A DNA stretch of 64,000 nucleotides from Verrucomicrobiales bacterium (GCA_031411295.1 JANOAV010000051.1:44974-108973); one strand, 5' to 3'. Numbered from the stretch's first letter, positions 39,218 to 49,443 are shown. Numbers and translations are program-made. Notes: generated by a model from the letters alone, not told the origin.

Positions 39218-40453
39218 ATGACGTGCTCACACCCTCTCCGACTATTATGCCTTGGTTTTTCAGCTTTGGCCTTCTGCGCTTGTGATAGCAAACCCTCGAC
39301 CACCACGGGCACTCCCGCAGCGACTCCCGCAGTCAAAGCCAAGGCCGCACCAGTGATCCTCAAGGATGAAGCGCAGAGGGAGTTGCTGGCCAGCACGGCC
39401 GACGGGTGGGCGGAAAGCATCTCCGCAGGGAAGGCCGCAGAGGTATTACAGCAGTTCAAGATCGAAGAATTAATGAAGAATATCATCGCTGAGTTAGATC
39501 TGGAACCAAAGCTTCGTCGCGAGATGGAATCAGGCATCAACCGGGCGTTGCCAGGACTCCGAAACACCATGGCTGCGCAGTGGAAAGGAGCCGCCAAATT
39601 TCTTCGCGTAGTGGATACCGAAGACGGCACCGTAGCCAGGATTCGCATCGTCAGTGAAGGTGGCAGTTCCTATTTGGATTTCATTCCATTATTCGCAAAA
39701 GATGGCACCATTTCGTTTCTCGATTTAAACAACCGGAGCATGGGCACCCGGGTCAGCGATGCGATGAAACAAATGATGTCCACCGTGGCCCAATCCCTCC
39801 CCAAACAGCAAGGTGTGCTGGCTAGGTTATTGGGCGGCAGCGAGGCCTCCGAGGAGGATTCCAAACAGGTCATGGACTATATCGAGAGCATGAAGACGGA
39901 CAAGAAGCATGCCGTGTCCTTGTATCCCAAATTGCCCATCGGGGTCCGCAAGAATCGGGCATTTTTCGCGACTTACCTACAGGCGGCCCTGACGTTGAAC
40001 GACGAGGAAATCTACATGAAGGCCATGGAGGAAGGCCGGATGCGGTTTCCCAAAGACCCCGCTCTCACCTTCATGATGGTGGATTTCCATTACATGAAGC
40101 AGGACTTTGCGCAAGCCGATCAATGCGTAGTAGCCACTATAGAGGCTCTGGGGGAGGATGGGAATCTGTGGCATCTTTGTGCCTCGGTGCGTCGAGAGGG
40201 AGGAAACCTGGAAGGGGCTGATGAGGCCTACAAGAAAGCCATCGAACTTGAACCGGACATTTTCAACCATCACATGGTAGGCCTGCAAATCGCGGCGCAA
40301 CGCAAGGATTACAAGGAGGTGGTAAAACGATTGGAACTCGCCAATGAAGGAGTGGGTGAACAAATGATCTTGAAACCGTCGGGCGATCCTTATTTGGACG
40401 AAGCGATCAAAAGCGATGAATATCTGGCTTATGCCGCCAAGTTTGCGAAATGA
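39218..40453 (+). CDS. Lipoprotein with C-terminal TPRs
   Basis: FCAC lipobox; EGADEAYKKAIELEP TPR. Confidence 0.75.
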   Translation: MTCSHPLRLLCLGFSALAFCACDSKPSTTTGTPAATPAVKAKAAPVILKDEAQRELLASTADGWAESISAGKAAEVLQQFKIEELMKNIIAELDLEPKLRREMESGINRALPGLRNTMAAQWKGAAKFLRVVDTEDGTVARIRIVSEGGSSYLDFIPLFAKDGTISFLDLNNRSMGTRVSDAMKQMMSTVAQSLPKQQGVLARLLGGSEASEEDSKQVMDYIESMKTDKKHAVSLYPKLPIGVRKNRAFFATYLQAALTLNDEEIYMKAMEEGRMRFPKDPALTFMMVDFHYMKQDFAQADQCVVATIEALGEDGNLWHLCASVRREGGNLEGADEAYKKAIELEPDIFNHHMVGLQIAAQRKDYKEVVKRLELANEGVGEQMILKPSGDPYLDEAIKSDEYLAYAAKFAK

Positions 40454-40659
40454 TATCGCAGCCCCTGAGCGAAGTGCCCCATGTCCGATTCGGCATCAAT
40501 TCGGACCGATTTGCCGGAGACTAACAAACGCGTTCGGGGCCACCATTTGGTGGGTAGTTCTGCTAATACTTGGGCGAAGCTCATGGGTTTTTGGACGGTG
40601 CTATCTTCTTTAAAATCACTTGGATCGGTGTTTTGTCAATGATCGTGGTAGGAACGCAA

Positions 40660-40693
40660 AACAGGCCGGGGAGCTTGCGCTCTCCGGCCTGTT
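40660..40693. terminator. Duplicate of the pnp terminator
   Basis: AACAGGCCGG/CCGGCCTGTT stem; near-identical to 46245-46282. Confidence 0.8.
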
Positions 40694-40736
40694 GTTTGAT
40701 GTTGGGGCTGATGGGCGAGACGCCCATGCCACGGCT

Positions 40737-41272
40737 TTATTCGGCGGCGGGGGCTTCCGCTGCTGCGGGCGCTCCGTTGGCGGCGGCGGCATCGGCCAGT
40801 TCCTTTTCACGCTCCTTAAGGACGGCTCGGCGGGACATTTTCACGCGGCCTTTTTCGTCGATGCCGACGCATTTGGCGGTTACGGTGTCGCCCACTTTGA
40901 CGATGTCTTCAACGTATTGGACGCGGAAGTCGGCTAGTTCACTGATGTGGATCAGGCCGTCTTTGCCAGGGAAGATGCTCATGAAGGCTCCGAAGTCTTT
41001 GGTGCTGACGACTTTGCCGGTCTAGGTCATGCCGATTTCCACTTCTGCGAAGAGGTTGCGGATCATGGCTACAGCGCGCTCCATACCTTCGCGCTTGATG
41101 GCGTAAACGTGGACGGTGCCGTCTTCCTCGATGTCGATCTTGGCGCCAGACTCGGCTTGGATGCCTTTGATGACTTTGCCGCCTGGCCCGATGAGTTCAC
41201 CGATACGATCTTGGTCGATCTTGATGGTTTCGATCCGTGGGGCAAATGGGCTGATTTCGCCTGGAGCGGCAA
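40737..41272 (-). pseudogene. pnp: pnp 3' fragment (KH-S1, codons ~546-end) with a nonsense codon
   Basis: Aligns to 46325-46858; TAT>TAG at 41022-41024; no start context. Confidence 0.93.
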
Positions 41273-41292
41273 ACCAGCCACGGGGGGGTATC

Positions 41293-41727
41293 TCACGGAA
41301 TCAAATGAAGGAAATCAAGCCCCGCAAAATGTCGAAAATCAGAATCAAAGGACACGAGTCGCGCACCCTGCTGCAAGGCAAAGGCCGCTAACCATGCATC
41401 AGTCCAGCGATGCGGGGTAAAAGCTGGGCTATCGGTCCAGGAAATGAACTGAGATTCCTCTGCTCCGGTTTCACCCAGAAAAATGACTTCCGGCAACTGT
41501 TGAAAATTTCTATAGGCAGACCATGCTTGTTGCGCCGTGAGTGGCGCTCCCCGCATCACTTTGTTGTTGGTCAACAGCCGTAGCAATCCTAACTCTGTAA
41601 TCCGACAGAATGCAAGTTCAGGGGCAGATTCCGAGTGCCAATACACTTTGGCCCGGTTGTGATGCTGATGTAAAGGGTCCACCAAGGAGAGCCAGACGTT
41701 CAAGTCCGGTAGATCAAGCACAGGCAT
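41293..41727 (-). CDS. VapC-family PIN toxin
   Basis: LPDLNVWLSL...HQHH, ELGLLRLLTN, WTDAWLAAFA, LVSFDSDF. Confidence 0.92.
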   Translation of the reverse strand: MPVLDLPDLNVWLSLVDPLHQHHNRAKVYWHSESAPELAFCRITELGLLRLLTNNKVMRGAPLTAQQAWSAYRNFQQLPEVIFLGETGAEESQFISWTDSPAFTPHRWTDAWLAAFALQQGARLVSFDSDFRHFAGLDFLHLIP

Positions 41728-41974
41728 CAGCCTCCTCCGCAGTGAGTATGTCCTCAATCTCAGCATTCGTCAGTGACGGATGCATCTGGCCACCAAATGA
41801 TTGCAAACTGGGCAACGGACTACGTTGCCGCGAGGGAGAACCGCCTCGTTGACGCTTCGGCAAGCCAGAGCGGATCAATGACATCACGAGTTCCCTTAGC
41901 TCGGTCCCGCGCAAAGCTGATTCTGCTTCTAGGTCTTGGTAAAGGTCATCGGGTAAGTCTAGTGTGGTGTTCAT
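41714..41974 (-). CDS. Antitoxin (VapB/RHH-like)
   Basis: MNTTLDLPDDLY...; overlaps the toxin start; promoter TTGACC-17-TAGCGT then 6 nt to ATG. Confidence 0.88.
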   Translation of the reverse strand: MNTTLDLPDDLYQDLEAESALRGTELRELVMSLIRSGLPKRQRGGSPSRQRSPLPSLQSFGGQMHPSLTNAEIEDILTAEEADACA

Positions 41975-42024
41975 AGTGCCACGCTACCTCAAGATCTTCC
42001 CTCGGTCAAGCCGGAGCAAATGTC

Positions 42025-42262
42025 AGCCAGCGCAAACGCTGGCCATGGAGGTGGAGCCGTTGGACTCCATGACTTCGCTGCTGATCCGCATGGCGTAAGG
42101 GAAGTCTTCGACGTCTGGGATGACGGGAACGATGGACTTTTCAGCCAGCGCACCGTGTCCGATTTCGCGACGATTCTATCCACCCACCGCTAACACGGGG
42201 CCGGTTTCACCCACGGAGAATGGAGGGAAGTTGTAGTGCAGGATGAAACGCTTGGCGTTGCG
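42025..42262 (-). pseudogene. pnp: Internal pnp fragment (codons ~370-445, second RNase PH domain)
   Basis: Aligns to ~47163-47386 ([18 protein letters not shown]...[16 protein letters not shown]); net +9 nt and TAG at 42176-42178. Confidence 0.92.
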
Positions 42263-42281
42263 GCCAACGCTACTCCACACC

Positions 42282-44879
42282 TCACGGCACTCGGTGCAAC
42301 CGATAAAACTGCCGCCCAAGGGGCCGCGCTTCCTCTAGTCGGTTCACGCCACCGCTTGTAGTCAAAGCACTCGGAACGCTTGGCTCTACCAGCTGCCAGG
42401 AGCCAGCCGTCAGGGAATCAGATGCTTCCAAACGCCAGCCACTCGCGGCACTTGGCCAGTGCAGGGAAACAGTGGTGTCGTGATTTTCTAACACGAGGGG
42501 CGGCTGCGGAATGGTGACGAAACGCAGGCCGTCCACCACCAGCTCGCATTCCGTCGAAGTGCGGCCCACTAAACCGAAATAAAACTCCACCGTCTGGCCC
42601 GCGTAGGCGGAAATATCCATCAGGTCCGTGCTCTGCACTTCACCTGCTGGCGCAAAACGGGCCGGGAGATTGAAGACATTTTGCCCACCCACTGCGGCGG
42701 CAATGCAATCATCCACAGGTGGACCATTTACAGTGAAATCAAACTGCATCATGGCCGTATTTTCAGGAACCGCCAAGCTCAGCCAAGCCCCTGGCTCCGT
42801 GGGCGTAGGCGTGCCATTTCTCGCTACCCGATACCCTCCAGTCGAGCTACCACCGCCTGAACTACCGCCTCCGCCTAGATGAATCTGAAATACGCTGCGC
42901 GAAATGCCGTCGATCAAACGCGTGGGATTCAGGCTGTTTTTTATTTCGCTAGCCGTATCCTTGGCCGCATCCCAGCCTTCTCCGATTTTCTCCTTCGTGG
43001 TAGTATAAGCCTGCTGCGTCTTAATGATAGCCGTGCCGCCTAGGTCGCCCGCCCAGTTGATTCCGGCTTGATAGGTATCTAGAATTTTATTGCCCGCTGC
43101 CGTTCCGACGTCGATCACAACGCCTCCTGCTGCTAGCGTTGCGTCCAATGGGACTTTTCCAATGGTGGCCGCAGTTTGAATTGAATATGTGCCGATGATT
43201 GAAATGTTACATTCTAGACTCGTGGGATTTGGATCGAGCGACAGGTCTAGCAAGTCGGGTGTCGCCAGATTTTCAAACCACAAATTTCCCGCCGCAAGCC
43301 CATAACCGCTGGGAGGTAACACTCCTCCACGCTCGTAGGATTGTGGGAAACCTAACCTGGGCGAAAATGGAGGATGGGCCGAATTTCGATACCACAAATG
43401 CGCATACGCATGGGCATCGATGGGATTCTCAAAGGCAATCGCAGGAGTTGTTAAGCACACATTTACCGCCTGGGCGCGTTGGATGCCCACCATGGAAATG
43501 TAGCTATCAATCAACGCGGTTGGTGTCGCTGGAATGGGCGATTTCCAATCCTCGTAGGCCGTCACAGCGGCATTCCGTAAAGCCCCATACCAGCCGGAAG
43601 TGATGGCTCCGATAGTTGCGGAAGTAATGACCCGCGTGCCGAGCACGCTGGCGAGTTCCGCCTCATCTAGCAATGTCATATGCGGTTTCGTTACGTCCGA
43701 GTTCCAACCAATTTCACCCCAATTCATCGTCCCTCGTTGGTGGGCCACATCACACGCAAAGCGGTCCACTAGCGTGCCCATGCTGTGACCAATGAAATGA
43801 ACGTGTTGGTTGTAATTGATACCTAAGCGCCTGCGCAGCGCCTTACCCAACAACTCACCCTGCTTCGAGGCGCGGCCTGGCCAGGGGGCAACGGAAGTCG
43901 CCTCGTTGTGCCAGTCCCACGCGAAGATATTTGGCGCTGTTGCCAAGGTATTATTCTGAGATGCAAGAAATGCCATTTGTAGCGGCCAATCGTTGATCGG
44001 CCATTTCGTTACTTCAGATTCGTGCCCGATGCCAATAGGCCACCAGCCGTGGGACAACACGATGATCATCGCGTTAGGATTCACCACAGGTGATCCCACC
44101 GCACCCACAGGTTTCCATTGTCCGCTGGCGTAGATCATAAGCTGCGTTTCTGGTTGCCCTGCTTGTGGCTCTGGCGTGGTGGCAGCCGGATCATTCTTCT
44201 CCTTGTTCGTGGCCTGTCGCACCACGGTCTGCGTCGGTGGCGGAGCAGATAGCGGCTGCATTACTAAAGGCAGACTGCGGATACCTCCAGCAGCCCCGAC
44301 AACGTTCTTGGCCAGCGTTACATAGCCAGGCTTCTGGGCGATCACCACGTAGTTCTGAGCCTTCATTTCCGGCGGATAAAAGGAACCGTCAGGCCCGGAA
44401 ACTCCGCGCCACCAGGCTTGGCCGTAGATTTTGATTTCGATGGAGGCCCCGCGCACCGCAGCCTCCGTGGTGGAAGTAATGATGCCATGCACCGCCAGCG
44501 CAGCGGGCATCCCAGCACGTGTATTAATGGGAAATGTCTCCGTCGTTGTAGATACTAACATGGGAGAAACCGCCATCGTGCTGACATCGAAGTCACCAGT
44601 GGTCGTGGCTATGGCAGACCCGCTGTCCCGCGTATCCACGTCAAATAATGGCGTGACCACGGATGTGGAGACGGCATCTCCACGCGTATCCACGGAGAAA
44701 TCCGGCGTTACCGTTGGCCTGGCGAAGTCTGTCTGGGCATCTGCTTTCGTAACCAAGAACAAGCAGAGACCTAGACAAAACCACCAGAACGCCACGTTGT
44801 GAGATGATGGCGCGGTGAGGATGTCTCCTTGGGGGATTTGCCCTCCCGCTTTGGGAATGCTCTGTGGCGGACGGTTCAT
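42282..44879 (-). CDS. Secreted alpha/beta-hydrolase (lipase-like) with a carboxypeptidase-regulatory-like domain and C-terminal W...FYRL domain (start approximate)
   Basis: [13 protein letters not shown] nucleophile elbow; N-terminal F.VDTR-type repeats; ends [10 protein letters not shown]. Confidence 0.75.
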   Translation of the reverse strand: MNRPPQSIPKAGGQIPQGDILTAPSSHNVAFWWFCLGLCLFLVTKADAQTDFARPTVTPDFSVDTRGDAVSTSVVTPLFDVDTRDSGSAIATTTGDFDVSTMAVSPMLVSTTTETFPINTRAGMPAALAVHGIITSTTEAAVRGASIEIKIYGQAWWRGVSGPDGSFYPPEMKAQNYVVIAQKPGYVTLAKNVVGAAGGIRSLPLVMQPLSAPPPTQTVVRQATNKEKNDPAATTPEPQAGQPETQLMIYASGQWKPVGAVGSPVVNPNAMIIVLSHGWWPIGIGHESEVTKWPINDWPLQMAFLASQNNTLATAPNIFAWDWHNEATSVAPWPGRASKQGELLGKALRRRLGINYNQHVHFIGHSMGTLVDRFACDVAHQRGTMNWGEIGWNSDVTKPHMTLLDEAELASVLGTRVITSATIGAITSGWYGALRNAAVTAYEDWKSPIPATPTALIDSYISMVGIQRAQAVNVCLTTPAIAFENPIDAHAYAHLWYRNSAHPPFSPRLGFPQSYERGGVLPPSGYGLAAGNLWFENLATPDLLDLSLDPNPTSLECNISIIGTYSIQTAATIGKVPLDATLAAGGVVIDVGTAAGNKILDTYQAGINWAGDLGGTAIIKTQQAYTTTKEKIGEGWDAAKDTASEIKNSLNPTRLIDGISRSVFQIHLGGGGSSGGGSSTGGYRVARNGTPTPTEPGAWLSLAVPENTAMMQFDFTVNGPPVDDCIAAAVGGQNVFNLPARFAPAGEVQSTDLMDISAYAGQTVEFYFGLVGRTSTECELVVDGLRFVTIPQPPLVLENHDTTVSLHWPSAASGWRLEASDSLTAGSWQLVEPSVPSALTTSGGVNRLEEARPLGRQFYRLHRVP

Positions 44880-44903
44880 GGGGGAGGCCACCAATATGTT
44901 TAG

Positions 44904-46079
44904 TTAAAGACCACGAACTGTGCGAAAGCCCACCAAAATATAGCTGGGCGCGCTATAAAATATTGGCTGATTTCCACTAGCTGGGGAAGTTAAATTGGCT
45001 ACCGGATCGCCCCAACTCCCCCCTTTAATAATTCTATAGCCGTTGGGGACTGTGCCGCCCTTAGGATCTAAAGAGGTTGATTCATTTCCACTGACCATGT
45101 CCCAACACCATTCCCACACATTCCCCACCATGTCATATAAGCCAAAACCATTTACCATATTCGGGCCACTGGGCACTTGGTTTCCGTTGTAATAACCGAC
45201 GGGCGTGATTCCTATTGCGGCCGTTTCAAATGGATCCCCGCTGTTGAAACCATTAGCCATACTCCCATCGATCGTATCTCCCCACGGATATTTCTTCCGG
45301 TCCAACCCGCCACGTGCAGCCCGCTCCCACTCAGCGGATGTTGGCAACCGATAGCCATTGGCAGCCCAATTCACGGCTTCATTAACGAGGTCCAAATCTC
45401 CTGTTCGATATCACTGCGATTTGGCTGCATCGGTGTAGTAACACGGATTCAACCCTTCTTTCTCACTCCTAGCATTACACCATTTGACGACTTCCGACCA
45501 TCTTACTGTCTGCACTGGATGATTGGGGCCAACGAAGGCTCCAGGGAATCCAAAATTATATCCATGCGCCAAAGCCCAATTTTTCACCTCGGTCCACGAC
45601 TGACCACTGGTTTCAGTGCGGTCCATGAAATACCCCTTAGTAAGCTCCACTTGCCCACCAATGCTTGTAGCATCCACATAACCCATAACAAACGTCCCAT
45701 TAGGCACATAAACCATCCCCAACGGTGGCACGGGGGTGGAGCCATCGTGGACCCAGAGGCGGGCTTTGCAGGTGGGGGACCAGTTGCCGTTCCAGTCTTT
45801 GCCCGCATCCCATGTTAGCACGCGTCCAGTGCCTGGTGCCACTCCTGGCCCCACGGCTCCACTGAGGCTCTTCACAGGCAGATCATAAGTCACTCCGCTG
45901 TTCGCAGAAATTTCCACCTGCACCGTGAGCGATCCACTATCCGGGTCCGCCACATCGTAAGTAATATCAACCAGCTTCGTCCCCGCGCGCTGCGCGGCAT
46001 GGAGATTAGAGACCACAGGAGGTGCCGCGTAGGAAGCAGTAAGCGAGGCCAAGGCACAGAATAAAATGAGGCGATTCAT
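44904..46079 (-). pseudogene. FGE/SUMF1 (C-type-lectin fold) secreted protein interrupted by one in-frame TGA
   Basis: ORFs 45411-46079 and 44904-45395 share a frame: YYTDAAKSQ*YRTGDLD...YRLPTSAEWERAARGG...NGFGLYDMVGNVWEW...GFRTVR. Confidence 0.85.
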
Positions 46080-46244
46080 GCTGATTGCATAACTTTATTT
46101 ATCTCTTCAAACAAGAACCATTTTTTCTCATTTTGGCTGAATATCAGTATTCGGCCCTCAGATGGACCGCACAGTCCCCTGCGCGGCTTATCATGCTCCG
46201 CCGCACAGAGGACTGTGCGGACCACCTTGGGGCCTGACAAAACG

Positions 46245-46282
46245 CAAACAGGCCGGGCAGCTTGCACTCTCCGGCCTGTTTG
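46245..46282. terminator. pnp terminator
   Basis: CAAACAGGCCGG/CCGGCCTGTTTG stem ~40 nt after the pnp stop. Confidence 0.8.
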
Positions 46283-46324
46283 TTTGTGTTCGGGTGTCGG
46301 GGCAGGCTGCCCCGGCTCCTTTGA

Positions 46325-48496
46325 TTATTCGGCGGCGGGGGCTTCGGCGGCGGGGGTGCCGTTGGCGGCGGCGGCTTCGGCCAGTTCCTTTTCGCGTTCT
46401 TTGAGGACGGCTCGGCGGGACATTTTCACGCGGCCTTTTTCGTCGATGCCGACGCATTTGGCGGTTACGGTGTCGCCTACTTTGACGATGTCTTCAACGT
46501 ATTGGACGCGGAAGTCGGCTAGTTCACTGATGTGAATCAGGCCGTCTTTGCCAGGGAAGATGCTCATGAAGGCTCCGAAGTCTTTGGTGCTGACGACTTT
46601 GCCGGTATAGGTCATGCCGATTTCCACTTCTGCGAAGAGGTTGCGGATCATGGCCACTGCGCGCTCCATGCCTTCGCGCTTGATGGCGTAAACGTGGACG
46701 GTGCCGTCTTCTTCGATGTCGATTTTGGCTCCGCTTTCCGCTTGGATTCCTTTGATGACTTTGCCGCCTGGCCCGATCAGTTCACCGATACGATCTTGGT
46801 CGATCTTGATGGTTTCGATCCGTGGAGCGTATGGGCTAATTTCGCTTGGAGCGGCAATAATGCCGGCCATGACTTCGAGGATGGCGGTGCGGCCGATTTT
46901 GGCTTTCTTGATGCCTTCTTCGAGGATGGCGAGCGGGAGACCGGGGAGCTTGAGGTCAAGCTGGTAGCCGGTGACACCCAGTTCCGTGCCGCACAATTTG
47001 AAGTCCATGTCACCGAAGTGATCTTCGCTGCCGAGGATGTCCAGCATGGTCAAATAACGCTTCATCACGTTGTTGTCATCGTGCTCGGAAACGAGGCCGA
47101 CGCTGATGCCAGCGACGGGGCGTTTCAGAGGGACACCGGCTTGGAGCAAGGCCATGACGCCGGAACAAACGGAGGCCATGGAGGTGGAACCGTTGGATTC
47201 CATGACTTCGCTGCTGATCCGCATGGCGTAGGGGAAATCTTCGACGTCAGGGATGACGGGAACGATGGACTTTTCAGCCAGCGCACCGTGACCGATTTCG
47301 CGACGATTCTGACCACCGAAGCGGCCAGTTTCGCCCACGGAGAACGGAGGGAAGTTGTAATGGAGGAGGAAACGTTTGGCGTTAGGACCGCCGGTGTAGT
47401 TATCGAACTCCTGAGCTTCATCCAACGGAGCGAGCGTGGCGAGGGCCAGCGCTTGGGTTTCGCCACGGGCAAACAAGGCGCTGCCGTGGGTCCGGGGGAT
47501 CAGACCCACTTCGCCACTGAGATCGCGGAGTTGGTCAATGCCGCGTCCGTCGCAACGGTTTTGCTTGTCGAGGATGGAAATGCGGAACGCCTTCTTCTGC
47601 AGGTAGTCAAAGGCTTGGGACATTTCGAAGCTGCCAGCTTCAGGGAACTTGGCCAGGATGGCGGCGTTCACTTCGTTACGCAGAGCGTCCACGGCTTTGC
47701 CACGGGCGGTCTTGGTGGGAGTGTAGAGGGCGGCTTCGATCCGGTCTCCAGCGACGGCGTAAGCCACTTCGAGGAGTTCGTCTTTGGCGAGCACTGGGGT
47801 GAACTCGCGCTTCACTTTACCTGCGGCTGTGATGAGCGTTTCCTGTGCGGAAATCAGCGGCTGAATGGCTGCTTGAGCGAAATGCAACGCTTTAACGAAT
47901 TCGGCTTCAGGGAGTTCCTTGGCGTCGCCCTCGATCATGATGACTTCGGTTTTGCTGCCGACGTAAACCAGATCCAGATCGCTGTCTTCGCGTTGGGTAT
48001 GGGTGGGGTTGGCCACGAACTCACCATTCACGCGACCCACGCGCACTGCACCGATTGGGTAAGCGAAGGGAATGTCAGACAAGCAGAGAGCGGCAGAAGC
48101 ACCGTTCATGGCGAGGATGTCGGAATCGTTTTCACCATCAGCGCTCAAGAGCAGGGCGACGATCTGGGTGTCGAAGAGGTAGCCTTTGGGGAAGAGCGGA
48201 CGCAGTGGGCGGTCCGTCATCCGGCACGTGAGGATTTCTTTTTCCGTAGGGCGGCCTTCGCGTTTGAAGTAACCACCAGGGAATTTCCCGGCAGCAGAGG
48301 CTTTTTCTTTGTATTCAACGGAGAGGGGGAACCAGTCTTGGCCGTCCTTGACCTTGGTGGCACTCACGGCGGTCACGATGACCATGGTTTCACCGAGGGT
48401 AACGGTGACGGCTCCATCGGCCAAGCGGGCCATTTTACCGGTTTCAATTTTGATGTCTTGGCCGCCGACGTGGGCGATCGCATTGTGGATACTCAT
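46325..48496 (-). CDS. pnp: Polyribonucleotide nucleotidyltransferase (PNPase)
   Basis: [40 protein letters not shown] and S1 domains; downstream of rpsO. Confidence 0.98.
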   Translation of the reverse strand: MSIHNAIAHVGGQDIKIETGKMARLADGAVTVTLGETMVIVTAVSATKVKDGQDWFPLSVEYKEKASAAGKFPGGYFKREGRPTEKEILTCRMTDRPLRPLFPKGYLFDTQIVALLLSADGENDSDILAMNGASAALCLSDIPFAYPIGAVRVGRVNGEFVANPTHTQREDSDLDLVYVGSKTEVIMIEGDAKELPEAEFVKALHFAQAAIQPLISAQETLITAAGKVKREFTPVLAKDELLEVAYAVAGDRIEAALYTPTKTARGKAVDALRNEVNAAILAKFPEAGSFEMSQAFDYLQKKAFRISILDKQNRCDGRGIDQLRDLSGEVGLIPRTHGSALFARGETQALALATLAPLDEAQEFDNYTGGPNAKRFLLHYNFPPFSVGETGRFGGQNRREIGHGALAEKSIVPVIPDVEDFPYAMRISSEVMESNGSTSMASVCSGVMALLQAGVPLKRPVAGISVGLVSEHDDNNVMKRYLTMLDILGSEDHFGDMDFKLCGTELGVTGYQLDLKLPGLPLAILEEGIKKAKIGRTAILEVMAGIIAAPSEISPYAPRIETIKIDQDRIGELIGPGGKVIKGIQAESGAKIDIEEDGTVHVYAIKREGMERAVAMIRNLFAEVEIGMTYTGKVVSTKDFGAFMSIFPGKDGLIHISELADFRVQYVEDIVKVGDTVTAKCVGIDEKGRVKMSRRAVLKEREKELAEAAAANGTPAAEAPAAE

Positions 48497-48763
48497 AGTA
48501 TTTACTTATTCTGTTTTGGTTGTTCGGATGCACCCTCACCACAAGCTGATGTGGATGCGAAGTGATCTTCCCAGCCGGAAATATTAGGCGGGGAGAATCT
48601 GTTACGGTGCTTCCGGGCGGGAAATTTACATTTCCTGACGGGAGGCGGTTTGTGGATTCCGAATGTGCCTGGCAGAAGGAAGGAGGCTTCTTTGTGGTTC
48701 CGCTTATCGTCGCTGAGCTTTGCTGAAATGTGGCTTGGCTTGGTTGAAGCTTGGCCGGTGTGG

Positions 48764-48789
48764 GCTGATGGGCGGGACGCCCATGCCAC
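48764..48789. repeat. REP (GCTGATGGGCGRGACGCCCATGCCAC), also at 40707-40732
   Basis: Two near-identical palindromic copies. Confidence 0.75.
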
Positions 48790-48898
48790 TTTTTCTTTCA
48801 GAAGAGGTCAGCGCTGATCAGCGGATGTCCTTCCTTCGTGGTGCAGGAGCAGTCGGCTTGTGCGCCTGCTCCGTTCGGGAAATTGTAGTTTGGTAAAT

Positions 48899-48948
48899 GC
48901 GAAAACCCTGACTCCAGAGTTTGTGTATCGGTGGAGTCAGGATTTCGC
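48899..48948 (-). terminator. Hairpin after rpsO
   Basis: GCGAAA.CCTGACTCCA/TGGAGTCAGG.TTTCGC stem. Confidence 0.65.
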
Positions 48949-48974
48949 GAAAATATCTAATTGGCAGCCAAGGC

Positions 48975-49232
48975 TTAGCGGCGGAGGCCGAGGGTCTTGA
49001 TGACCTTTTGGTAACGCGGCTCGTCGGTGTTCTTCAGGTAATCCAGAAGGCGACGGCGGTTGGCTACGAGCATCAACAGACCACGACGGGAAGAGAAATC
49101 CTTCCGGTGGGTGCTGAGGTGTTCGGTCAAATGGAGGATGCGGGCGCTCATGAGGGCGATCTGGACATCGGAAGAACCGGTGTCTTTATCGTGCAACTTG
49201 AGGGCGGTAAGGGCTGGGGTTGGAGCAGGCAT
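48975..49232 (-). CDS. rpsO: 30S ribosomal protein S15
   Basis: [31 protein letters not shown]. Confidence 0.98.
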   Translation of the reverse strand: MPAPTPALTALKLHDKDTGSSDVQIALMSARILHLTEHLSTHRKDFSSRRGLLMLVANRRRLLDYLKNTDEPRYQKVIKTLGLRR

Positions 49233-49443
49233 GTTTTAGCTGGAATTTTAAGAGTCGGGAGAGAACCACAGTTTTGCGGAGGTGCAAGAAGAATTTCATG
49301 CACGTGAGAAATCTAGTTTGGAGAGTGCGATGGTGAATGGTTGGAGCAGGATGACTTGAGTGACCTTAGGCAACTGAGTAGAATCTGCCATCAGAGAATT
49401 TGCTGATTGAAAGTTCGCCAGAGCCAAGTCTATGGTGCGCGCA

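Noticed and set aside
40737..40982. Independent 81-aa S1 protein
   Set aside because: It begins at an internal Met part-way into the S1 domain of the pnp pseudo-fragment, with no promoter or RBS evident.
44904..45100. Diversity-generating retroelement
   Set aside because: The target-like fold is present, but I saw no RT, Avd or template repeat in the window.
45411..45413. Selenocysteine codon
   Set aside because: The context is not a Cys/redox motif and I saw no convincing SECIS hairpin after it.
40650..46300. Prophage, ICE or IS element
   Set aside because: No integrase, transposase, relaxase or phage structural genes.
46532..48565. Long antisense ORFs (also 37180-38220, 52689-54221, 56552-57787, 36173-37072)
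   Set aside because: Shadow frames of strongly codon-biased real genes in GC-rich DNA.
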